NCBI GenBank assembly: GCA_041659405.1
Contig: JBAZYK010000014.1
Span: forward strand, 1,165 to 33,164
From: Candidatus Altimarinota bacterium
GTDB taxonomy: Bacteria > Patescibacteriota > Gracilibacteria > UBA1369
Direction of reading: 5' to 3'
Length of the DNA: 32,000 nucleotides
Within the stretch, counting starts at the first letter, position 1; every line of letters starts with the position of its first letter. Below, piece by piece: positions 1 to 7,191 of the stretch. The position numbers and the translations under genes were made by a program. The notes under the pieces are model-generated. The model did no database searches and had not been told where the DNA came from. It saw nothing but the letters and a program-made list of their open reading frames with translations.

Positions 1-30
1 TATAAACATCACAGTCCTATTCTAAAAAAC

Positions 31-252
31 ATGAAAAAGAATAGCGACATACTTAAAAAATTCGGGCAGAGGATTAAGAAACTCCGACTAGAGAATGGCA
101 TCACATCTCAAATGGCTTTGGCTTTAAAAACGGGGATGGATCGCACTTATATTGGAGGTATTGAACGAGGCGAACGAAATGTCGCACTAATAAACATAGA
201 AAAACTAGCAAAAGCTTTTGGCATCAGTATGGATGAGCTGTTTAAGTTCTAA
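31..252 (+). CDS. Small Xre/Cro-type helix-turn-helix regulator (73 aa)
   Basis: Protein KFGQRIKKLRLENGITSQMALALKTGMDRTYIGGIERGERNVALINIEKLAKAFGISMDELF matches the HTH_3 pattern, including the typical IERGxRN...LxKLAxAxxxxxxxLF tail. Confidence 0.93.
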   Translation: MKKNSDILKKFGQRIKKLRLENGITSQMALALKTGMDRTYIGGIERGERNVALINIEKLAKAFGISMDELFKF

Positions 253-331
253 TCCCGGTCGCGCTAAAAGTCGCATACGACAGATTTTATTCATTTACAT
301 AAATTATCGAAATAGTTATAATCCAACCACT

Positions 332-625
332 ATGAAAATTATCCAATCTGTAAAAATAGGATTGCAAGTCACAGTTATCAAACAGGGCAAGCAATTTGTT
401 GCTTATGCTCCTGCTTTAGACATATCCACTTCCGGCAAGACCTTAAAAGAAGCACAAAAACGATTCTCGGAGCTCGTTAACATTTTTATTGATGAACTTA
501 TTGAAAAAAACACATTGGAGGAAGTTTTTACCGGGCTTGGATGGAGCAAAGTAAAAAAACAATGGGAACCTCCTGAAATAGTATCCCAAAAATCAGTAGA
601 TATTCGCTTACCAGTAGCCGCATAA
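332..625 (+). CDS. HicB-like antitoxin; the track ORF from 218 is trimmed to the ATG at 332
   Basis: MKIIQSVKIGLQVTVIKQGKQFVAYAPALDISTSGKTLKEAQKRFSELVNIFIDE has the HicB partial RNase H-like fold pattern (xFxAYxPxLDxxTxGxTxxEA). It sits directly upstream of a HicA-like ORF. Confidence 0.75.
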   Translation: MKIIQSVKIGLQVTVIKQGKQFVAYAPALDISTSGKTLKEAQKRFSELVNIFIDELIEKNTLEEVFTGLGWSKVKKQWEPPEIVSQKSVDIRLPVAA

Positions 626-626
626 T

Positions 627-857
627 ATGGGTCAACTTGGTTCAATTCATTGGAAAAAATTCGAAAAATTTCTTTTTAAAATAGGCTGTGAATTCAAAAG
701 AGAAAAAGGGGACCACAGAATATACTGGAAAACAGGCTTAAATCGTCCCATTGTAATCCCAAGAGATAGAATTTTGCCTCCTTTTATAATAATGAACAAC
801 CTAAGAGTTCTTGGTATATCCAAGGATGATTTCATGAAAATTATTTCAGAATTGTAG
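627..857 (+). CDS. HicA/YcfA-like mRNA interferase toxin (76 aa)
   Basis: SIHWKKFEKFLFKIGCEFKREKGDHRIYWKTGLNRPIVIPRDRILPPFIIMNNLRVLGISKDDFMKII follows the HicA layout: Lxx.GF.....GSH..., P.H..l..g.l..ilr..gis..ef. The catalytic-type His is in GDHRIY. It begins 1 nt after the hicB stop. Confidence 0.8.
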   Translation: MGQLGSIHWKKFEKFLFKIGCEFKREKGDHRIYWKTGLNRPIVIPRDRILPPFIIMNNLRVLGISKDDFMKIISEL

Positions 858-1055
858 TAAACTAAGGCGCAATTACTTTATTAGAGAATTCTGCAAGCTG
901 CTCTGGCGCAGACGTGACTTGATCACCTTCCAGTCTATTCAACAGTGCTGCACAAACTATCGTTGCTGGAATGCCCGCCCTTAAACAAAAAGCCGCAAAC
1001 GCATTTGACAAATCAACAATAAATACCTACAATACCACCTATTCATAAAATTTCC

Positions 1056-1768
1056 ATGTCAGAACGAAAGCAATACAAAGGTTACGATTTACATATAGCT
1101 GATGAGCCACGGAGAGACATGCCCGAGTTCTTGCGTGAACATGGTTTGATGCAACGTGCACAATTAACTCCTTTAAGTACTCCCGCAAATATTGAAGAGG
1201 AATTGGCAGGAATAAGAGCCCAAAAGATTCAAACAGCTTCATCTATTTTTGAAAAGAATCGAGTTCCGGTCAGAGGCGCATTAAGAGCTATTGTAGGCTA
1301 TGCGTTTGATGAATTTAATCTTCCCAAATCCGGTGGGGTTGATATTGGCTCCGGAGCAACCGGCGAAATGGTTGAAGAATTATTACCACGAAGCGTTACA
1401 CAAAGTTCCTGGGTTCAACTGGAAGCCAATCCGTCAGCAGTTAAAGAAAATCAACGAAGACATCCAAATTCCAGAATTGTAGAAGGTTCATACCTGAATA
1501 TGGGCGTAAGTGGCTTGGATATTGTAACTAGAACGCCGTTAGCGTGGGTGAACTTTTCCGTAGAAATTTAGGAAGAACCATTGAAAATAATTCCGGCATG
1601 GAGCTGTTATTTAATCAGTGGGTTACCGCCCGCAAGCCGATTGATGGACCTCCCGCTCTTTGGTACTTTATGAATATTCTTTTAAGAGCGGAGTATTTTC
1701 CACCGGAAACAGAGCAGGTGGAAGAAGTCTCGGCTGTGGTTACGGTTGCAAGGAAGAGGGCTGCTTAA
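1056..1768 (+). pseudogene. Broken SAM-dependent methyltransferase-like gene (5' part 1056..1571, 3' remnant in another frame 1544..1768)
   Basis: The 5' ORF has a Rossmann methyltransferase motif I (VDIGSGATGEMVEELLP) and an acidic post-motif (VQLEANPSAV), then continues SRIVEGSYLNMGVSGLDIVTR. It ends abruptly. A second-frame ORF continues with GELFRRNLGRTIENNSGMELLFNQWVTARKPIDGPPALWYFMNILLRAEYF. Confidence 0.5.
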
Positions 1769-1819
1769 AAAATGTATTTATTTCAAAAAAGTCTTTTTGC
1801 TTAAGATAAGCTAATAATA

Positions 1820-1849
1820 TTGCTTTTAAAAGTACTTGTATATTATAAT
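1820..1849 (+). promoter_or_regulatory. Sigma70-like promoter for the AAA+ ATPase gene
   Basis: TTGCTT (1820-1825), 18-nt spacer, TATAAT (1844-1849), 33 nt upstream of the ATG at 1882. Confidence 0.55.
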
Positions 1850-1881
1850 GCACAAGTAAATGCCCTTTAATGTATATTTAA

Positions 1882-3327
1882 ATGAACAAGAAAGAAGAAA
1901 TCCTGTTTTTCCTCCAGAATCAGATCCAAACCAACGCTGAAAGGTTGAAAAACTATACAGAAGACTCAAGTGGTAAAGAATACCCAAGACGACATGCTTT
2001 CATAAAATTACAGAAATATGTGAGTGAATTTATGAAAGGAAATAAAGATCAAAGATGGGTCATCATTCCAGGTCTTCGTGGTGTAGGTAAAACAACACTA
2101 TTATCTCAAATATACTTTAACTGCCTTGAAACCTATAAAGAACTTACGCCTCAAAATGTTTTGTATATTTCAGTTGATGATATTAAAACCAAGCTCGATG
2201 TAACACTGGACGAGGTTTTAACAGTTTATTTTGAGATTTTAAGAACCAGAATCGAAGAACTAAAGCATCCAGTAATCCTTTTTCTTGATGAAGTTCAATA
2301 TGATTCAGAGTGGGCTAAAGTTTTAAAAATTGCCTGGGATAAGACTAAAAATCTTTTTATATTTTGCAGTGGCTCTTCAGCAATTTCTCTACAGACAAAT
2401 CCAGATGCAGCAAGACGGTCTGTGGTTGAGAAGGTATATCCTGTGAGCTTTGGAGAATTTTTAATGATCAAATATGGTATTTTGCCGGAGAAATCTCTTA
2501 AGAAAGAATTAAAGAGCGCAATATATTCATCTGCCAATGCTGAAGATGTATTTAAAAAATTAAAGCAAATTGAAAGTAAGACCTCGCTTGCTTGGACAAA
2601 GGCTCCAAGGTACGCTCAAATTGAATATCTCGAAACAGGTTCATTGCCTTTCGCAATCAATGCCCCGAATAAAGAAAAAATTTATGATGTTATTGATCAA
2701 CTCTTAGATAAAATTATCAGCAAAGACATACAGTCTCTTGGTAAATTCGATTCAGATACACTTGGCATAATAAAGAGAATGCTTTTGATTGTTGCCGAAT
2801 CAGACACCATTAGTTACAGCACTCTGGAAAGATTGCTTCCAATCAAGCGTATTACAATTATGAATGTCTTTGATGTACTGGAAAAGGCCGAGTTGATTAT
2901 CAAAGTTCCCGCCTATGGCTCCAGCACAACAGTGGCTAAAAAACCAGCAAAATACCTCTTTATGTCTCCTGCAATAAGACAAGCATTGATGAGTATCACA
3001 GGTCTTCCAGAAACCCAAAGAACAAGAGAAGGAAAGTTGATTGAAGATGTTGTTGGTATGCATCTGTACAGAGAATTTTTAACCCCAGCAATAGGCGTCT
3101 TAACTTACGACAATGCTCAAGCTGGCGCTGATTTTATTTTACAAATAGCTAATCAAAGACAAATAGCTATAGAGATTGGCAGAGGTAAAAAGGGCTGTAA
3201 ACAGGTCTTAAATACAATGCAAAAAGTAAAATGCGACTACGGTTTATCTTTTGGAAAGAATGAACTTACCTTACACAAAGACGATAATATAGTTCAAATT
3301 CCTTCATATTATTTTCTTTTAATGTAA
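1882..3327 (+). CDS. AAA+ ATPase, AAA_14/DUF4143-like (481 aa)
   Basis: Walker A IPGLRGVGKTTLLSQIYF and Walker B HPVILFLDEVQYDSEW, sensor-like FIFCSGSSAISL. The C-terminal part has GADFILQIANQRQIAIEIGRGKKG, typical of the nuclease-like fold in this ATPase family. Confidence 0.88.
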   Translation: MNKKEEILFFLQNQIQTNAERLKNYTEDSSGKEYPRRHAFIKLQKYVSEFMKGNKDQRWVIIPGLRGVGKTTLLSQIYFNCLETYKELTPQNVLYISVDDIKTKLDVTLDEVLTVYFEILRTRIEELKHPVILFLDEVQYDSEWAKVLKIAWDKTKNLFIFCSGSSAISLQTNPDAARRSVVEKVYPVSFGEFLMIKYGILPEKSLKKELKSAIYSSANAEDVFKKLKQIESKTSLAWTKAPRYAQIEYLETGSLPFAINAPNKEKIYDVIDQLLDKIISKDIQSLGKFDSDTLGIIKRMLLIVAESDTISYSTLERLLPIKRITIMNVFDVLEKAELIIKVPAYGSSTTVAKKPAKYLFMSPAIRQALMSITGLPETQRTREGKLIEDVVGMHLYREFLTPAIGVLTYDNAQAGADFILQIANQRQIAIEIGRGKKGCKQVLNTMQKVKCDYGLSFGKNELTLHKDDNIVQIPSYYFLLM

Positions 3328-3385
3328 GCAAGGAATAATCGCAAAACCTTGCGTGTAAAAAAGTGATGTTTTCCTTATATTCAAT

Positions 3386-3410
3386 GACCCTCGGGTAAAG
3401 CCCCAGGGTC
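3386..3410. other. GC-rich hairpin of unknown function between the ATPase gene and tRNA-fMet
   Basis: GACCCT-c-GGG-taaag-CCC-c-AGGGTC is a self-complementary stem. No T-run follows on either strand. Confidence 0.4.
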
Positions 3411-3470
3411 GCTGGCTGCCACTTTTAGGCATATGCGACATTGAAATTTTGGCAGAGGAATAACATCTTT

Positions 3471-3545
3471 TGGTTGCGGGGGATGGATTCGAACCACCGA
3501 CCTCCGGGTTATGAGCCCGACGAGCTGCCACTGCTCTACCCCGCG
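3471..3545 (-). tRNA. Initiator tRNA-fMet, anticodon CAT (plus-strand 3511-3513), CCA encoded
   Basis: Reverse complement CGCGGGG TA GAGC AGTGGCA GCTC G TCGGG CTCATAA CCCGG AGGTC GGTGG TTCGAAT CCATC CCCCGCA ACCA folds as a cloverleaf. The C1xA72 mismatch and three G-C pairs at the base of the anticodon stem are initiator hallmarks. Confidence 0.96.
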
Positions 3546-3588
3546 TCGCAATAAATTCCTAACTTAATTCCGCTCTACACTACGTTCT

Positions 3589-3996
3589 TTAGGCGTGAAT
3601 GTCAAAGAAAAATTTCCACCACTTTTGCGGATTACTCAAGGATCTAACCGCTAAATCACTGGTGTTGGTTCCATTATTTTGATCCGCGCCATTAACCGGT
3701 AAATCGGAGGAGGGGATCACAATTACCTGTTCCCCCGGCTTCACCAAGCCCAAATTCTGCTTGGCGATTTTTTCCACGTAAGCATTGGAACTATAATAAC
3801 CATAATCGAGCTCCTTTTGCTTATTATCCAGAGCGATTTTCTCGTTATCACTCATGAAAGTTGCGATGTGCTGGTCGATCTGATAGCTCTTATAAACCGA
3901 CACCGTTAACGTATAAAGCAAATAAGAAACTACCAAAAATTCAACAATTATAACCATTTTTGTGACTTTTGAGGTATGATTAAGGTTGAAAGCCAT
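3589..3996 (-). CDS. FtsB/DivIC-like septum formation initiator; track ORF to 4047 trimmed to the internal ATG at 3996
   Basis: Short protein with an N-terminal TM (KMVIIVEFLVVSYLLYTLTVSVYKSY), a heptad-like segment, then YVEKIAKQNLGLVKPGEQVIVIP, the FtsB/DivIC C-terminal motif (E..AR..l.l.kpgE.v). Confidence 0.82.
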   Translation of the reverse strand: MAFNLNHTSKVTKMVIIVEFLVVSYLLYTLTVSVYKSYQIDQHIATFMSDNEKIALDNKQKELDYGYYSSNAYVEKIAKQNLGLVKPGEQVIVIPSSDLPVNGADQNNGTNTSDLAVRSLSNPQKWWKFFFDIHA

Positions 3997-3998
3997 AG

Positions 3999-5420
3999 TT
4001 GAAAAAAATGCTAAAAAAAATATACTATAAAGGCTTAAATATCGCAAATCGCATGATCAACGAATTACAATCGGCAAAAAACATCCATTTTATTGGAATT
4101 GGCGGCAGCGGCATGAGCGGTTTAGCCCGAATTTTAAATATTATCGGCAAAAAAATCAGCGGATCCGACCAAAACGTAAGCAATACTTTTCTTGCATTAA
4201 AAAGCGAAAATCTAAAAATTCACGCCGGGCACAAAGCGCAAAACATTCCGGCAAAAACCGATTTGGTTGTATATTCCGCGGCAGTTCCCAAAAAAAATCC
4301 GGAATTGCTGGAAGCACAAAAACGCAAGTTGCCTTGCTTAACTTATCCGCAGGCAGTTGGCCTTTTAACGCAGCATTATCAAACAATCAGCATTTGCGGG
4401 ACTCATGGGAAAACCACTGTAACGGCCATGACAGCCTTAAGTTTTGCAGCTGCCAAACAGGATCCAACCGTAATTGTGGGCGCGACTTTAAAGGAATTTA
4501 ATCACAAAAATGAAAGGTTTGGCAAAAGCGAATATTTTATTTTGGAAAGTTGCGAATATCGCCGGGGCTTTTTGAATTATCATCCAAAGGTGATCGTAAT
4601 AACCAACATTGAACCTGATCATCTGGATTACTACAAAAATTTGCAGGATTACCGCAGTGCCTTTCAGGAATTTTGCGAAAAATTACCCAAAGATGGCTTG
4701 ATCATCTGTAATTCCGACGATGAAAACATTAACTATGTTATGGGAAAAATCAAAAATCATCCTAAAATTATAACTTTCGGCACAAATAAAAAGGCGGATT
4801 ATCAAATCAAATCCAATAAAATTTATCACAATAAAAAACTTCTGGGTTCATTGGACTTAAAAATTCCCGGCCAACACAATTTAATGAACGCCGCAGCAGC
4901 AATAGCCTTAACTCATCATTTAAAATTTGATTTAGGTAAGATTTTCCAGGCTTTAAATAATTATCACGGAGCATCACGCCGTTTTGAGGTTAAAGGCAAA
5001 ATCGGCAAAACCGTTTTTATTGATGATTACGGCCACCATCCAACCGAAATTAAAGCCACACTCAAAGCCGCGCGTGAAAAATTCGGCAAAAAAAAGATTC
5101 TCTGTATTTTTCAGCCGCACCAATATAGCCGGACCTACAAGCTATTAAACGGCTTTGCTGATTCTTTTAATGACGTCGATGAAGTGATTATCCCAAATAT
5201 TTTAAACGTTCGTGATTCCGCAGCCGACCTCAAGAAAATCAATGAACAAATTCTCGTCCAAAAAATTGCCAAATTTCAGCCAAACGTTTCTTATGGCAAA
5301 GGATTGGAAAACACGACAAAAATAGTCCAGAAAAAACTTAAGGACTACGACGTCATCATCACCATGGGGGCAGGGGACGTGTACAAACTCGCCGACAATC
5401 TTCTGAAAAAGCACCAGTAA
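3999..5420 (+). CDS. murC: UDP-N-acetylmuramate--L-alanine ligase
   Basis: NIHFIGIGGSGMSGLARILNIIGKKISGSD, the ATP-binding motif ISICGTHGKTTVTAM, DYGHHPTEIKATLKAA and FQPHQYSRT are Mur ligase/MurC signatures. An alternative start is the ATG at 4053. Confidence 0.97.
   Translation: MKKMLKKIYYKGLNIANRMINELQSAKNIHFIGIGGSGMSGLARILNIIGKKISGSDQNVSNTFLALKSENLKIHAGHKAQNIPAKTDLVVYSAAVPKKNPELLEAQKRKLPCLTYPQAVGLLTQHYQTISICGTHGKTTVTAMTALSFAAAKQDPTVIVGATLKEFNHKNERFGKSEYFILESCEYRRGFLNYHPKVIVITNIEPDHLDYYKNLQDYRSAFQEFCEKLPKDGLIICNSDDENINYVMGKIKNHPKIITFGTNKKADYQIKSNKIYHNKKLLGSLDLKIPGQHNLMNAAAAIALTHHLKFDLGKIFQALNNYHGASRRFEVKGKIGKTVFIDDYGHHPTEIKATLKAAREKFGKKKILCIFQPHQYSRTYKLLNGFADSFNDVDEVIIPNILNVRDSAADLKKINEQILVQKIAKFQPNVSYGKGLENTTKIVQKKLKDYDVIITMGAGDVYKLADNLLKKHQ
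4019..4047 (-). promoter_or_regulatory. Putative sigma70-like promoter for the ftsB-like gene, lying inside the 5' end of murC
   Basis: On the minus strand: TTGCGA (4047-4042), 17-nt spacer, TATATT (4024-4019). Confidence 0.45.
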
Positions 5421-5457
5421 TTGCGGCGCTTGCCAGCAAACCTCCCGGCAGACCCAC

Positions 5458-6852
5458 CTAAACCTTTTTCCAGGTCGTCCCTTCCGGCGTATCTTCAAGC
5501 TGAACACCCATTTTTAAAAGTTCATCACGAATTTGATCGGAAGTTTTGAAGTCTTTCGCTTTTCGCGCAGCATTGCGTTTTTCGATCAAATCAGCCACAG
5601 CTTGATTAATCGTCATCGCTTCTTTTGGCTCCAGGACTCCTAAAACCGCGTCCAATTTCATCATAAAATCAATCACGTTTTTCTGACCAGCCGCCGAAAT
5701 TTTCTTTTCATCCAGCAATTTATTCAACGCCTTCATGCAATCAAACCAGGCAGCCAAACCACCGGAAGTCTCAAAATCATCATCCATTCTTTCTTCAAAA
5801 TTTCTTTTGGAAGTTCCCAAAACCTCATCAATTACCTCATCGGTATCGTTTTGATCCTGAGCAGCCTTATACGCTCTTATTTTTCGTGAAAAATCATGCA
5901 ACCTCATTAAAGTATTTTTGGCCTGATCCAAAATCTCATTACTAAAATCAATCGGAGACCTATAATGCGTCTGCAAAAACAACAACCTAACAGCCTGTGG
6001 ATCATACTTTTCAAAAATATCCCTCAAAGTAAAAAAGTTCCCAAGTGACTTGGACATCTTTTCATTATTGATTTGAATGAAGCCATTATGGAGCCAGTAA
6101 TTCACAAAAGGCGCGCCGTTTGCCGCTTCACTTTGCGCAATTTCACACTCATGATGAGGAAATGTAAGATCCGCGCCACCACCATGAATATCAAAAGTAA
6201 CACCCAGAATTTGTTTACTCATAGCGCTACATTCAATGTGCCAGCCCGGCCTGCCAACACCCCAGGGACTCTCCCAAAAAGGTTCACCCGGTTTGGAAAG
6301 TTTCCACAAAACAAAATCCTGAGGACTTTTTTTTCCTACTTTAACAGCCACTCTTGAACCGGCCTTCAATTTATCCAGCTTTTGCTTTGAGAGCTTTCCA
6401 TAATCCTTGAATTTGGTCACATCAAAATAAACTCCATCATCCAAAAGATAAGTAAATCCTTTCTTTTCCAGATCCTTAATTAGCTCAATCATTTGCGGAA
6501 CATATTCGGTAGCCTTTGGCTGAACATCCGGTTTCATTATTCCCAGAGAGGCATAATCACGATCATATTCCGGAATTATTTGCGCAGCCAACTCCGCCAC
6601 GGTAATTTTTTTCAGCTCCGCGCGTTGAATCAGTTTATCGTCAATATCGGTATAATTGGAGACATAAGTCACTTTATAGCCCTTATAGACAAGATATTTG
6701 CGAATAATATCAAAAGAAACCGCCGACCTTCCATGCCCAAGATGCCCCAGGTCATAAACCGTCGGTCCACAAACATACATACTAACTTTGCCTTCTTGCA
6801 GCGGTTTAAAAGCCTCCTTTTTTGCCGTTAAAGTATTGTGAATATTCAGCAT
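5458..6852 (-). CDS. cysS: Cysteine--tRNA ligase
   Basis: MYVCGPTVYDLGHLGHGRSAVSFD (HIGH-like region), GWHIECSAMS, FDIHGGGADLTFPHHECEIAQSEA and KMSKSLGNFFT (KMSKS). Confidence 0.98.
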   Translation of the reverse strand: MLNIHNTLTAKKEAFKPLQEGKVSMYVCGPTVYDLGHLGHGRSAVSFDIIRKYLVYKGYKVTYVSNYTDIDDKLIQRAELKKITVAELAAQIIPEYDRDYASLGIMKPDVQPKATEYVPQMIELIKDLEKKGFTYLLDDGVYFDVTKFKDYGKLSKQKLDKLKAGSRVAVKVGKKSPQDFVLWKLSKPGEPFWESPWGVGRPGWHIECSAMSKQILGVTFDIHGGGADLTFPHHECEIAQSEAANGAPFVNYWLHNGFIQINNEKMSKSLGNFFTLRDIFEKYDPQAVRLLFLQTHYRSPIDFSNEILDQAKNTLMRLHDFSRKIRAYKAAQDQNDTDEVIDEVLGTSKRNFEERMDDDFETSGGLAAWFDCMKALNKLLDEKKISAAGQKNVIDFMMKLDAVLGVLEPKEAMTINQAVADLIEKRNAARKAKDFKTSDQIRDELLKMGVQLEDTPEGTTWKKV

Positions 6853-7115
6853 TATTTCGCACCTAATAAAATAAAAATCAGAGTTTTCAAAAGATCCAAT
6901 GCAAAAATAGCAATAATCGGAGAAAGGTCAATCATCCCCAAATTTGGCGTAATCCTTTTTGCCAAATTCAAAATAGGATCGGTAACATCCTTCAAAATAT
7001 CAATTGCCCGATTTGATTGCATTGGCATCCATGAAAGCAAAACTCTCGCCAAAATTGCAAAACTAAGCAGGTCAAAGAAAATGTTCAAAAAAGTCACAAT
7101 ATAATTAATGTACAT
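6852..7115 (-). CDS. YggT family integral membrane protein
   Basis: 87 aa, two hydrophobic segments, VLLSWMPMQSN...ILKDVTDPILNLAKRITPNLGMIDLSPIIAIFAL matches the YggT pattern (vtdPil.p.rr.iP..g.iDlSPiia). Confidence 0.92.
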   Translation of the reverse strand: MYINYIVTFLNIFFDLLSFAILARVLLSWMPMQSNRAIDILKDVTDPILNLAKRITPNLGMIDLSPIIAIFALDLLKTLIFILLGAK

Positions 7116-7191
7116 ATATCTGTTTAAAAAACATCAGGATTTTATCAGGAAAGTCCCTTAAAATCCACCTAATAACCGCCAATATTAAACT

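Noticed and set aside
3319-3531. 70-aa minus-strand ORF MAARRAHNPEVGGSNPSPATKRCY...
   Set aside because: It is a translation of the tRNA-fMet gene and its flank. The GGSNPSPAT string is the familiar tRNA T-arm artefact.
5202-5507. 101-aa minus-strand ORF spanning the murC end
   Set aside because: It overlaps both the murC C-terminus and the cysS 3' end, has no motifs, and is most likely spurious.
6493-6831. 112-aa plus-strand ORF antisense to cysS
   Set aside because: Shadow ORF opposite a CDS with clear HIGH/KMSKS-type motifs.
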